Shown here piece after piece: positions 43,970 to 55,443 of a DNA stretch of 64,000 bases; position 1 is the first letter of the stretch, and every line of letters begins with the position of its first letter. The translations under genes and the position numbers were made by a program. Location: NCBI GenBank assembly GCA_024346625.1, contig AP024667.1:992001-1056000 (forward strand). Reading direction: 5' to 3'. The notes under the pieces are model-generated. The model did not search any database. It saw nothing but the letters and a program-made list of their open reading frames with translations, and had not been told where the DNA came from. The DNA comes from Williopsis jadinii. Taxonomy: Eukaryota.

Positions 43970-46261
43970 ATGGAGTTTGATAATAGCCAGCTGTCATCCT
44001 CAATCCAGAGGAAATATGCACTGGTTACTGATGGCTCTTCAAAGATTCCCATAATGAAGAGCTATGCTGGGAGGTGCACGCCGTCGCCTTTGGACCATGG
44101 CTCGCCGAGTGATCCGTCGAATAGTGCTACAAAGCATAAGATTCCGGTCTCAATATCTAGTCGAAGATCATTGCTGCACCAAGGACATTCGAACGTGCCT
44201 TCTCCAAGGACACTGGGCTCACCCAGTGTTAGGGCATCGATAACGTCCCACGCATCACCATCAGATGGGGAATCTACACCACAGAGACAGATACAGAGCA
44301 ACAATGCAACGCCACCGTCAACAATGACCAAATTGTCAAACAGCTTTGCAGATTTAGCTATAAGGAGCCCTGTGAAACCGACGCCCAAATGTTCATCACC
44401 GCAGCCCAAAGAAACACCAATGCTGACAAGTAAGCCTTTAGAAGTGGTTAAGAGACGAACTTTACAAACAAATCAGCGAGGCAAATCACCGAGGAAAGTC
44501 TCCCAGAGAGTTAGCTCGAATAACAATACACCTTCAAAATCACCTTCAAAGGGTCAGGCAGATGAACCAGTGTTCTCCAGATTAACGAGATCTACAACAG
44601 CTTTCAACCTGAAGATTAATAACAAGCCACGTGTTGTCTCTGAAATACATTCCCCAAAGGTGCAGCTTCATCATTCGAATGATAGGAGCTCGCAAAGGGT
44701 TGTCTCTGAAAGACCCGATCTTACAAGGCCGACAAGAGCCAGCCAGCTTAAAAGTGATACTTCAACGATGAATCTGAGAGTATCATCAACAAAGCACGAT
44801 GGTGACAAGATCGCTGTGGATAAGAAAAGATCGACAATACCCAAATCGATAAGTCTGCACTCCAGCTTGAAGGATCTAACAAACTCATCGATATCACAAA
44901 GGAAATCGTCTAGAGATCCAGTCATAAGGAAAGTATCTGGGTTCAGAATGTCAACAGCAACAAATAACCATCATACGAGAAAGATATCAAGCTCAAAGAG
45001 AGCAGCCATAAGGTGTACAACGACTGACGAACTATACTCTCTGTTAAAATCATACCACAAGACTTCCAAATTCGTTGAGCAATGGAATGAGACTCCACTT
45101 GTTGAAGTATCTGAACCACAAGAATCACAACAGGTATTAAACAGGTATAAGAATCTAAATGCATTCGAAATGGCAGAGGTTGGTAAACAGGATATGATTT
45201 ATTACGTTGGTAACATTGGTAGAGAGTATTCCTCTTCCAATGTCAACTCCAACTTTGGATTTGACAACAAGGATAAAAACTTGATTATCTCTAAAAATGA
45301 TCACATAGCTTATAGATATCAAGCACTTTCAAAGCTTGGTACAGGGGCCTTTGGTAATGTTTATCGATGTTATGACCATAAGATGAATAAGATGGTGTCG
45401 TTGAAGATAATGAGAAACGATCCTGCTTGGTCATTGCAGTCAATGTACGAAATAAAGATATTGAAACGCTTACACGAAGAGCCGAAACATCTACTACAGT
45501 ATCTAGGGCACTTGAACTTCAGATCTCATATCTGTGTCAGCACTGAGCTCTTATCTGTGAACTTGATCGAAGCATTGGGTGCAACAAAGTATCAAGGTTT
45601 CGAACTTTCTGTGATCAAACTATGGTCTCAACAATTACTCTCAGCATTGGAATTCTTACACAGATCAGATATTGTTCATGCTGACCTTAAGCCTGAGAAC
45701 ATCATGCTTGAATCACCAAATTCATTCAACTTGAAGATTATCGATTTTGGTTCCTCAACAACCGTTGGTGACATCACCTATCCTTACATCCAGTCAAGGT
45801 TCTATCGTGCTCCAGAAGTGCTATTGGGAGCAAGATATGATACAAAGATTGATATCTGGTCATTCGCAACCGTTATGTATGAAATGTACACTGGCAAGGT
45901 GATGTTTGAAGCTAAGAATGAAACCCATTTATACAAATTATTTGTGGAGCTGTTGGGAAATCCACCTCCAAGAACAGTACTATCGATGCGTGAAACGGTG
46001 CTCAAGAACGGCAGTGTTAATAAGTACAATGACGGGAACTTTGTCGATAAATCTACATTACTTTTTACGAGCTTCAGCAAGGTGGGGGTCTACAGAGGTG
46101 AACCCGTGGATACATCAAAGTGTGTTACACCATTCCACAAGAGACTGAATCTTGGTGATTTGCAGTTTGCTGACTTCATACAAACGATTCTTGTGTGGAA
46201 TCCAAAGGAGAGACCATCTGCAAAAAAGTTACTACAGCATATGTTTCTTGAAGAACAATAA
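43970..46261 (+). CDS. DYRK-family dual-specificity kinase (class 2/Pom1-like)
   Basis: DH-box-like GFDNKDKN...DHIAYRY, GTGAFG, HADLKPEN, DFGSS, YPYIQSRFYRAPE. Long Ser/Pro/basic disordered N-terminus. Confidence 0.9.
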   Translation: MEFDNSQLSSSIQRKYALVTDGSSKIPIMKSYAGRCTPSPLDHGSPSDPSNSATKHKIPVSISSRRSLLHQGHSNVPSPRTLGSPSVRASITSHASPSDGESTPQRQIQSNNATPPSTMTKLSNSFADLAIRSPVKPTPKCSSPQPKETPMLTSKPLEVVKRRTLQTNQRGKSPRKVSQRVSSNNNTPSKSPSKGQADEPVFSRLTRSTTAFNLKINNKPRVVSEIHSPKVQLHHSNDRSSQRVVSERPDLTRPTRASQLKSDTSTMNLRVSSTKHDGDKIAVDKKRSTIPKSISLHSSLKDLTNSSISQRKSSRDPVIRKVSGFRMSTATNNHHTRKISSSKRAAIRCTTTDELYSLLKSYHKTSKFVEQWNETPLVEVSEPQESQQVLNRYKNLNAFEMAEVGKQDMIYYVGNIGREYSSSNVNSNFGFDNKDKNLIISKNDHIAYRYQALSKLGTGAFGNVYRCYDHKMNKMVSLKIMRNDPAWSLQSMYEIKILKRLHEEPKHLLQYLGHLNFRSHICVSTELLSVNLIEALGATKYQGFELSVIKLWSQQLLSALEFLHRSDIVHADLKPENIMLESPNSFNLKIIDFGSSTTVGDITYPYIQSRFYRAPEVLLGARYDTKIDIWSFATVMYEMYTGKVMFEAKNETHLYKLFVELLGNPPPRTVLSMRETVLKNGSVNKYNDGNFVDKSTLLFTSFSKVGVYRGEPVDTSKCVTPFHKRLNLGDLQFADFIQTILVWNPKERPSAKKLLQHMFLEEQ

Positions 46262-46296
46262 ACGTACATTTTGCTCTTCTCTATAAACCCTTTCCT

Positions 46297-48330
46297 TTAG
46301 ACAAAGATAATATCCATTCCTCGTTCACTGAGGATGTCAGCCCAGTACTTTCCAGTTTCCCAAGATTCTAGCATGACGTCTTTGGCAACCATTGCATTTC
46401 TTATGCCAACGTTAATGAGTGCATCGATACGTGCTAAGTAGAACAACCGATCTTCATCAGCCAATGCCTCACAGCCAGAACTGAATAGAGAAAAGAACGT
46501 GCAACAGGCTGCTGGCTGTTGCTGTGGGATCTGGTTTCTTATCGAAGCAATGATTTCGCTCACGAGGTTCTGGACCAAAGTTGTATCACGAGGCATCAGC
46601 AACACACGACGATAGATCTGGAGAACACATGACAGTGCGAAGACCCTGTTAGTAGCACGTAATAGCCTATAGTCTTCGAGTTGTTCGTTCAAGACGTTAT
46701 ATGCATCCTCTTGTAAGGTTCTTTCGATTGCATCACGCTCAGCCTCGGTCTCCTTGAGGTAGTTCAACAATCTCTCTTTCACCTCGAGTGCCTTCTGAAT
46801 CAGGTCTAACGGTAGAGTTTCCCCATCGACGGTACCGGAGGTTTCACGTTGATGAACGAGGTTAACAACGTATGAGAAGTACTCCAATAGACGCATATCA
46901 AATCCTGTGAATGGGTCAATATCGGTCAATTTCTCCCTATCTTCTCGTGTAGGCACAGGACACTCCCATATAATGTTTGTTGGTCTATTTGAAGAGTATG
47001 CTGAAGACGCTGATGATAACGAGCCGATAACGTCCAGATATGCAAACCACCGTTGGAAGAAGAACTCAAGGTCTGCTTCCGATCCTTTTACGTAGGCCAC
47101 ACGCTTTCTCTCTGACATCATGGACGTTGTAGCCCTGAGTAATCCCCTAGAGAATATGATCTTTCTTGCACCATAGTAGTGGGCTCTCCATCCATGGGGG
47201 TTTCTGTCACATATGATTTCAAAGCACGACAATACAAGGATTAAACACAATGTATAGTCCGAGTTTGCCTCCCGTGGGTCAGTTAGACGTTTGTACAAGT
47301 CATCCAATGCTCTGTTTAGTAGCAGGCCAACGGTGTCCATAGGATACGGATCTCCCTTGTGGGTTGCATCCTGTGCAAGACTGAAGCTTATGAGCATTGC
47401 TAGCAAGCCATCGGACCCAGAACTTAGAGACAAGCGAGGTAGTAGGCATGTGAATGGGTTATCGGTATACGTTCTCGGAGCTGCAGGGCATAGAAGCTTT
47501 GAGTATATCTCAACATATTTGTGATAATGCTCTTTGTAGAGGTCATTGTGCAGTAGTATATCGGGCAATGGGCTGATGACCTCTGGGATGATTTCAAACC
47601 CTGTGAACTTCGGCTTCGTCAACATCGGTAGTTGATAGGACGCTTCACCTGAGAAGATATGTGATGCTTCCATTATTGTGAGGTTCTCCGGGGAAGAATC
47701 TGTATCCTCGTGGAATATCAGGTGGTTGAACTCGTTGAGCTCGGGTAATAAGGAATCGTTCAAGAACTGCTTAGCCAATTCGTTTGGTGTCTGCATATCT
47801 TTGAACGCCACCATGAAGTCGTCTCTTCGATGATCATCGTCAAGAGACACGTATCGACCATTGCCTGGAGATGGTGATTCAACACGATCCTTCTCCAAGG
47901 GCTCGAGATCGTCAATGCCTGGTTGCTTAGTCTCAAAAGTGCCCACTGACGACATCGACTCCGTACTCATCAGGCTGCCAGTGGAGTCCACTTTACTCAT
48001 ATGTGCAGTATTGAACTGAAATACAGTCATCATCATTTCCTGACTCGCACTCTTCTCCTTCAGCTGGGCCGGAGCAGCTTTATCCTTATTGTAGATCTGT
48101 TGAAACGAATCAATAGTGCCATTGGCAAGGTTATTCGTCTTCGGCTTCTTAAAGGGCCGTCCTCCCCATGTTAATTTTATAGAGTAGTCACACTCCTTAC
48201 CGCTTTTGACACACGCAGAGCATGAAGGCCTCATCTCATCACACTTCACTTTCAACCTCTTACACCTGTGACACCCAAATCTGGATCGCGTCCTCTTCTT
48301 ATTGGTACTTTCAATATTCTTCTTTGACAT
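46297..48330 (-). CDS. Zn(II)2Cys6 transcription factor with a fungal-specific C-terminal domain
   Basis: RSRFGCHRCKRLKVKCDEMRPSCSACVKSGKECDY; W..HYYGAR and WFAYLDVIG. First ATG at 48330. Confidence 0.92.
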   Translation of the reverse strand: MSKKNIESTNKKRTRSRFGCHRCKRLKVKCDEMRPSCSACVKSGKECDYSIKLTWGGRPFKKPKTNNLANGTIDSFQQIYNKDKAAPAQLKEKSASQEMMMTVFQFNTAHMSKVDSTGSLMSTESMSSVGTFETKQPGIDDLEPLEKDRVESPSPGNGRYVSLDDDHRRDDFMVAFKDMQTPNELAKQFLNDSLLPELNEFNHLIFHEDTDSSPENLTIMEASHIFSGEASYQLPMLTKPKFTGFEIIPEVISPLPDILLHNDLYKEHYHKYVEIYSKLLCPAAPRTYTDNPFTCLLPRLSLSSGSDGLLAMLISFSLAQDATHKGDPYPMDTVGLLLNRALDDLYKRLTDPREANSDYTLCLILVLSCFEIICDRNPHGWRAHYYGARKIIFSRGLLRATTSMMSERKRVAYVKGSEADLEFFFQRWFAYLDVIGSLSSASSAYSSNRPTNIIWECPVPTREDREKLTDIDPFTGFDMRLLEYFSYVVNLVHQRETSGTVDGETLPLDLIQKALEVKERLLNYLKETEAERDAIERTLQEDAYNVLNEQLEDYRLLRATNRVFALSCVLQIYRRVLLMPRDTTLVQNLVSEIIASIRNQIPQQQPAACCTFFSLFSSGCEALADEDRLFYLARIDALINVGIRNAMVAKDVMLESWETGKYWADILSERGMDIIFV

Positions 48331-48693
48331 TATGAACAGCCTCTTGATGAGCTTTGGTCTATGGAAAACACCCGCACACACAATCACACACACACACACC
48401 ACGTCTCGGTGATTGAGCAAATTACTGTTGATCTCAGAGGCCTCGAGCACCAGAAAGAGATGAGATGGAACGCAAGAGAAGTGGAAATTGTTCTTCTGGG
48501 GATTAAAGCACTTCTTCTCTCACATGCTTTATCTTGTCCGAATTAGGAAGGTGTATCACGATGCCCCCGGATGATTACGTAATATTACCGGGGCGCAAAT
48601 CCGGTCTTAAGTCCGCGTTCAACTCTCGGCCGTTGCGGTTTTCTATCATCATCACCTTCTTCTTCTCTGCTTCTATTACAGGTATTACGTTAC

Positions 48694-51546
48694 TTATGAA
48701 CTTAACAGTCCAAGGTCTTTGAGTTGGTCAACCAAGTCCTTGTCGATGTACTTTGCCAAGCTCGGTTCCCCTGTTAAACCCTTTCTCTTTCTCGTCTTTA
48801 CGACGAAGTCACGAGCTAATGCGTGTGGAGCAGCAGGTTTCAGCTTTGGAATGAATATGTCTTTATCCAAAGGATCACCGGGAACAACTTGCCATTTGTC
48901 GAAATACAGGGATACCATAGCCTCACCTTGGGTGGCTACCCTGATATCAGTCTCCAGTCCGATGGAATCGATTACAGGGACAAACCCTGTGATCTTGTAC
49001 AGCTGAGTGCCTCCAATTGGCGAGTCTTTCAACACTGCACCTCTTCTTCTATCGACAATTTGTTCAAGGGTTCTGATGGAACGCTCAGTCGCAAGGATCT
49101 CAAAAGAGTAGAAGGGCTCCATCAACTTAGGCGTAGATGTCAGGATGGCTGAATATACAGCTCTGCGAACCATTGGAATGATTTGTCCGTTTTTACGTAA
49201 ACTTGGATCTGAAGCGAAAGACGCTTCAATGATCTTAAATTTACAATTACGCACAGGTTCATCAGCTAATGGGCCTTCTCTCAATGCCCATTGGAAACCC
49301 TGTACAATGGCATCCTTCATGTTGCTGAGCAGATCCTTGTCCACTTCATCAGGTAGTGTGTCATCAAGCAAGGCATTTGGACCAAGTTCATCTGGGCCAA
49401 AGCTCCATAGAGATCTTGCAGCTAAAGAATCCCAACCGTATCTAGTTCTCAGTGATTTTTTCAATTGAGAATCAATCGATAATTTACCAGCATCCAAATC
49501 ATATGCCAGTTCTGTTTCCAATGGTTCACAGATTATGGTGATAGTGTTGGCCCCATTTTGGGATTTAATTGGAACCTTTGTAAAACTTTGATCCACAACT
49601 GTTTCAGCAAATTTCGTTATTGGATTTGAAACTTTGATATTTATATCAGCAATATTTCTCAAATCGAACATCAGAGAGTCCATGTATAATTCACCAGAAC
49701 CAAAGATAACATGCTCTCCACTCTCTTCAACTTTGATCTCAGCACCACAGTACGACTTGTTTATCTTTCTCAGGCCATCCAAGAGTTTTGGAAGTTCTGT
49801 TGGAACATGAGGCTCAATAAACAGCTTGAAAACACTCTGGTTTAAGTAATCCACAGGTTTAAATATGGCCAATGGTTGAGACGCAGACTCTGAAAAGATT
49901 GTACCACTCTTTGATATGATTGAGACTCCACCAAGAAGTACTATGGACCCTGCAGGTGCAGCTTTCAGTGGTATCTTGTATCTTCCACCAGGCAGGTAGA
50001 GTTGCTTAACGACAATAGTTTCAGCATCTTCGTCATCCTCGTTGAAACTCTCTCCCAGAATCTTTATCTTATCACCTATACGAAGGGTCCCAGAGAAAAC
50101 TCTCGCCAAGGCCAGATTAGTCTCAACCATCTTGGATATATGCGCAACCAATTCGCCATCAGAAGAGCCGGACGATATTTCCTGCTTCAATTCATCAGAA
50201 CCTGTGAATAGTCCTGTCTTTAAATGCTCATTAGGGGGCGACTGTGTTTCGAGAACATCAACAAGACAAGAAGAATCGCCAAATATTAACTTGAACGTTT
50301 CTTTCAACAAAACCTGTGGATCTGCCTTCGACAGCTCCTTTGATATAGAAATCTTAAAGGCCTTATGCATGATATTCGGTAACTCTTCTGGGGGTCTTGT
50401 GAGAATTTGAGTCACGATCTTATATATAGGTTCCAGAATAAAATAGATAAAGGATCTTGTCTCTCCGTTCTTTGTGAATCTGTTTGTATCCTTGTTATAG
50501 TAAACATCTCCCCATAGCCTCTTCGCAAATGAATCCAAATCTATATGAACACCAAGTCTGTTTGAATAAAGCTGTGCAAATGATCTCAAGTTGAAGCAGA
50601 AGTTCAAGTCTGAAGATGCAAAAACCACATTATTGGAATCCGGTGAAACCGTGAGTTTATGTTTGTAGTTATCATACAACGGGCTCCCGTGTATATATGT
50701 GTTCAATTGGTCAATGACATTTCGGATCTTATGAAATGCATCCAATGGGGGTAGTTTCAACTCCAAGATTAGCCTGTCAAGCTTGTTGATAACAAACACC
50801 ATTTGAATGTTATGAAGCAGGGAGTTGTCAATCGCACGTTGTGTTGTTATCGTGATGCCCTCGACAACGTCAACAACCACTAGTGAGATCTCGGTCAACC
50901 TCTGTGAAATGCTCATCTCATCGGCGAAATCCACATGCCCTGGAGTGTCGATAAAGTTAATAACGAATGAGTTACCCCTTAAATTAGGTAGCAGCAACGT
51001 CATAGGCGACGACTTGATAGTGACACCTCTTTCAATCTCCAACTTGGTGTTGTCTGTGTATCGCAGCTTCTTGAAACTTTGTGATTTCTTCGATATTTTG
51101 AGCTGATGTGTCTGCAATATGAACATGTCCAGCAACGACGTCTTTCCCGAGTTTAGTCCACCAACTATGGAGACATTACGCACCCTGGAAGGAACGCCTA
51201 GTAAGCTTGCCATGTACTCTTTCGAGTAGCTCGTCTTTGGCAGGCTCTTCTCCTCAACTCTATCAACCTTCGCAGTTTGCGGTTTAACGAGAGGCTCGTT
51301 GATACTTTGCGCATCGGCCAGTTGAATCACCGTTTCCACCTGGTCACCAAAGGTCTGTACCATCGACGGATACAACTGCTTATCCTCTTGTAGCACAACA
51401 AGCTCGTTACCGGTCATCGGCTCATCTTGAGCTTCACCTTCACCTTCGCCTTCAAACTCGAACTCCGAGCCCGAGCTCTCCGCGTCTGAATCCAATGGAT
51501 CACCAATCAAGTTGCCAAACTCATCGTATTCGGTATCTTTAGCCAT
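48694..51546 (-). CDS. SNU114: U5 snRNP EF-2-like GTPase Snu114
   Basis: YDEFGNLIG acidic N-terminus, RGVTIKS, DTPGHVDF, NKLD, KVEESGEH, FVVKTRKRKGL. Confidence 0.96.
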   Translation of the reverse strand: MAKDTEYDEFGNLIGDPLDSDAESSGSEFEFEGEGEGEAQDEPMTGNELVVLQEDKQLYPSMVQTFGDQVETVIQLADAQSINEPLVKPQTAKVDRVEEKSLPKTSYSKEYMASLLGVPSRVRNVSIVGGLNSGKTSLLDMFILQTHQLKISKKSQSFKKLRYTDNTKLEIERGVTIKSSPMTLLLPNLRGNSFVINFIDTPGHVDFADEMSISQRLTEISLVVVDVVEGITITTQRAIDNSLLHNIQMVFVINKLDRLILELKLPPLDAFHKIRNVIDQLNTYIHGSPLYDNYKHKLTVSPDSNNVVFASSDLNFCFNLRSFAQLYSNRLGVHIDLDSFAKRLWGDVYYNKDTNRFTKNGETRSFIYFILEPIYKIVTQILTRPPEELPNIMHKAFKISISKELSKADPQVLLKETFKLIFGDSSCLVDVLETQSPPNEHLKTGLFTGSDELKQEISSGSSDGELVAHISKMVETNLALARVFSGTLRIGDKIKILGESFNEDDEDAETIVVKQLYLPGGRYKIPLKAAPAGSIVLLGGVSIISKSGTIFSESASQPLAIFKPVDYLNQSVFKLFIEPHVPTELPKLLDGLRKINKSYCGAEIKVEESGEHVIFGSGELYMDSLMFDLRNIADINIKVSNPITKFAETVVDQSFTKVPIKSQNGANTITIICEPLETELAYDLDAGKLSIDSQLKKSLRTRYGWDSLAARSLWSFGPDELGPNALLDDTLPDEVDKDLLSNMKDAIVQGFQWALREGPLADEPVRNCKFKIIEASFASDPSLRKNGQIIPMVRRAVYSAILTSTPKLMEPFYSFEILATERSIRTLEQIVDRRRGAVLKDSPIGGTQLYKITGFVPVIDSIGLETDIRVATQGEAMVSLYFDKWQVVPGDPLDKDIFIPKLKPAAPHALARDFVVKTRKRKGLTGEPSLAKYIDKDLVDQLKDLGLLSS

Positions 51547-51862
51547 AGCTCTCGAGCCTAAGTGTGAGAACTGTGTGATAAAGCTATGTTTATCTTTGTT
51601 GATTGTTTACTTTCTCGAGACACAAAAAGCAGCTAAGTGAAGAGGAAAAAAAAGACCGCGGCGGCTGACCAGAACACTGGTGTCTGGGTGTTTCAATCAC
51701 GTGCACATAACCCAAAGCAACACGTGATATTAATTCTGCCACTTCCCCCACGGGTAAATAAAACTCGCCCACTGCGCCCACCCACATTTCTTTTCTCATC
51801 TCGAGAGGCATCATCCCATACAAAGACACATCTCCACGGCTTTGAGGACGTTCAGTAGCGAG

Positions 51863-53687
51863 ATGGTGGATGAAGAGTTGACGTATCGGAGCAGAATACT
51901 CAACACGATCCACGAGGCCCTCGAGAATGACCGAGCAGTGAGTGTTTCAGCGTGCTTTCTCGTTCTCTTGCCCTACAAGAAGACATAAAGTTATCTATTT
52001 CATCGAAAATCACCGACAAGACCGCAGGGACTAACTATGTGTGATGCTATAGGATGACGCAGTGGAGGTGGAGAAGTTCAACTATGAGCAGGAATTTGAT
52101 AAGCATCTCACGATCATGTCGATGCTCGGTCTTGGGTTTGGGCTCATGAGTCCTCCGCTGTCGCTGGGAGTAACGATGGGCTCGTCGCTCGTAGACGGTG
52201 GACCACTGACAATAATGGGTGGCTATACGATTGTATACGTATGCTCATTCTTCTGTGCGCTGTCTCTGGCAGAGATCACGTCGAAATACCCTACAGAGCT
52301 ACACAGTGGTGCTGCACTGATTGCACATCCTGATTATAGCCTGATCTGCTCGTGGTTCACAGGGTTCTTCTTACTCATTGGCAATTGGTTGACGAGTACG
52401 AGTATCACCTTTGCGGGTGCACAGATCATCCTGAGCACCGTTGGAATCGTTGACTCCAAGTATGAGATTGACTCGGTACTGACAGTGATAATGTTCTACC
52501 TCGTTGTCACCGTGTGTGGTGTGATAAACTTGAAGTTTAGCAAGTACTTGGAGTTCATCAACAAACTGTGTGTATATTGGATCGTCTATTCCATCCTGTT
52601 CATAGATATCCTTCTGCTGATCTTCTCCAGAAATCATCATTCGTTGAAGTATGTCTTTACTCATTTTGACAACTCGTTTTCTGGCTGGCCATCCGGAATG
52701 GCATTCATAATTGGATTTCAGCAGGCCAATTTCATGCTTCAAGGCTTTGGCCTTCTACCTTCAGTTTCAGATGAAGTTCAAGACGCTGAGCGAACAGTCT
52801 CAAGGGGAATCGTGCTCTCTGTGTTGCTTGCTGGTGGTGCTGGATTCATCTTCCTCATTCCAATTCTGGCAGTGTTGCCTGATGTTAATCTACTTATTGG
52901 AGAAAAGACCCATGGAATTGTACCCATTGTTCTGATCTTCAAGCTGGCAACAAGGTCTGTGATTGTTTCCTTCTTCCTCGTGATCCTCATCATTGGCAAC
53001 TTGCTCTTCTCGGGAATTGGCTCCATAGCTACGAGCTCAAGAGCAGTTTTCTCGATGAGTAGAGACGGTGCCTTGCCATTTGCAGACATATGGACCCATG
53101 TTCATGCTGATTCTGAATCAAAGGTTCCAAAAAACTCCGTTATGCTTTCAATGGCCATAAGTTATCTGCTGGGTCTTCTGGCTCTGGTGAGCTCCACCGC
53201 TTTCAACGCATTTGTTGGTGCTGCGGTGATCTCATTATGTGCAGCATCTCTCATTCCTATAGTATCGCTGTTATTGGGGGCACGGAAGAAAGTACGTGGT
53301 GCAGCCTTCAAGCTGAAATATGTTGGCTTTATCATCAACATCATTAGCACTCTATGGTTGGCATTTACCATATTTGTTCTCAGTTTACCACCCCAATTGC
53401 CTGTCACAGCAAGTTCTATGAACTACGCATCGCTGGTGTTTCTATTATTCGTACTGATAATTACAATCCTGTGGTTTGTATGGGGTCGTCATAACTTCCA
53501 CGGTCCTCTTGTGGATAAAGGTGTCTCGGAAAGATCCGACTCTCTACCAATGCAGACGATGACCAGTGAAGGTTACCAAAAGCTGAATGAACCAAATGTT
53601 TCTAACAGGGAAAACGTCACATCCAGTGATATAAAATCTACTACAGAGGCTGTCCAGATGACTGTTCAGCCATCATATGATATATAG
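51863..53687 (+). CDS. TPO5: APC-family polyamine/amino-acid permease; join(51863..51937,52053..53687)
   Basis: Phase-0 intron GTGAGT (51938)..GACTAAC (52029-35)..TAG (52052) supplies the missing ATG. SLAEITSKYP, SRAVFSMSRDGALP, MNYAS. Divergent from SNU114 as in S. cerevisiae. Confidence 0.85.
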
Positions 53688-54471
53688 AAGAGAGTTCATA
53701 AGTATGGAAGAAATGTAAATAGATGGTTAATTTGATGTATGGATACTGTTGTTTTTCCTTTGTTGGACACCATGATAGCAACAGAATTACGTAGTTGGCA
53801 TTGTATACACGATGGTATTGTAGGCTAGTAGCTTTGTTTTCCAGGAGAGAAAGGCTCCCTTGTTCGTATGACTTATACTGAAGACTCAGGGAATAATTAC
53901 AGAATATACGTTTTTCCGGAACAAGGAGATCTTCAAGGAATTGGACTTCATTGTCGTGTGGCCAGTTTTGATTTATAGTATCATACCTTAACTTGGAGCC
54001 TAGAAGATATCCGTGGATAGTTTGCAGTATGATTTCAAATGATTTATCTCGATAGATTGTTGAGCTGGTCTTGTGCTGGTAAACTCATTGTAATTGTTAC
54101 ATCCTGAACCAGTTGTCAGTTACTGAATGTACAGTTGACACTGTAGAGTTGGTTCATAGTACTACTCGATTAATTGACTCTATATCACTAGACGTCCGTG
54201 GTGGTCTTGCCCAGAACCGTTTATGTGATATGGAGTACCTTGGCCCGTCGCAACCAGCACATGTATGGTCAGTCGCTTAAATGTTTGTCCACTAAGTAAT
54301 AAGCTGTGTTGAAGTCCAGTGCTTGATGAATTGAGTCCTTTGTAACTTTGAGCCCTTGTAAAGCTTAAGAACACGCAGAATTTGTTTACCAAAGGGTTTA
54401 TAAATTGAAGCAGAGAGACCTCTACTAGATGTTCAATTGTAATCTTTATTGATCTATTAATAGCCAGGAAA

Positions 54472-55443
54472 ATGACAGGTACAGCACCAGGGCCAGATCA
54501 AGACACAATGAGCACTTCAGACATCTCTCATCCCTCTCAGTATCCTGAAAGTTTGGAGTCTACGCTCACTGACTGTCAATATGTAGATGTACAACCATGT
54601 GAAGTTCCATCTTCAGAAGCTGAAACTGTCTCTTCAATTGATAGTAGTGATAAAAAGGAAACAGTTGATCTTGATGAAGAGATTTCAAGAAAGCTTTCAG
54701 CAGTGACCATTTCAGAGCCGGTTGAAAGCGAAGACAATGTTGAACTAAGAAGAAAGCGAGCCATGATTCACGATCGCTTAACCAATAGTGATTCGAACGA
54801 TCATCTGACCAAATGCATTAAACACTTGTTCAGCAATATGGATTCATTGGATGCAGATGCTAAAGCTGATAAAGTTCTTGATGTGATGTTTCCAAACTTA
54901 TCATGTGAATTATTAGAGAGCGTGATTACTGAAAAGAATTGCTCCCTATATAGAAGGGCTGCGATTATAAATGCTATCATTCATGAGAACGATATAAGCG
55001 ATGATTTTTTTTTGCTTTGTATCGCAGCAGCTTATGGAGGCCGTAAGGGAATAGAACGCTTCCAGAAGAAATGGAACATTGATATAAGCTTTGAAAAGCT
55101 TTCTCTGTGTAATTGGGACCAACAAGATGGCTTGAAGGGTTTGGTGATTGTCTACTTATCAACCATTGGACATGTCCTTATCTATATGCGCAGTCGCCGA
55201 AAGGGAAAAAGCTACTTCAACAAACGTATCAATAAGCTCTCTACAAGACAGGTGACGTTGGAAGAAATTGGGAGAATAACACTCTGGAGTCCAGTGATTT
55301 TCAATATCTCAACTCGATGCAATCCCCGTAAGATTAAGAAGAGGATACTCCGTGAGTACGAGACATCAACTTTCCCCTTCAATCGAGATATCGTTGATGA
55401 AATTATCAAAGCACTTTTTGGCCGTCAAGTTGATTATATGTGA
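54472..55443 (+). CDS. 323-aa hypothetical (orphan-like) protein
   Basis: Uninterrupted ORF, TATAAA at about 54399, gaaaATG context. Acidic Ser-rich N-terminus and basic C-terminal region; no family recognised. Confidence 0.7.
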   Translation: MTGTAPGPDQDTMSTSDISHPSQYPESLESTLTDCQYVDVQPCEVPSSEAETVSSIDSSDKKETVDLDEEISRKLSAVTISEPVESEDNVELRRKRAMIHDRLTNSDSNDHLTKCIKHLFSNMDSLDADAKADKVLDVMFPNLSCELLESVITEKNCSLYRRAAIINAIIHENDISDDFFLLCIAAAYGGRKGIERFQKKWNIDISFEKLSLCNWDQQDGLKGLVIVYLSTIGHVLIYMRSRRKGKSYFNKRINKLSTRQVTLEEIGRITLWSPVIFNISTRCNPRKIKKRILREYETSTFPFNRDIVDEIIKALFGRQVDYM

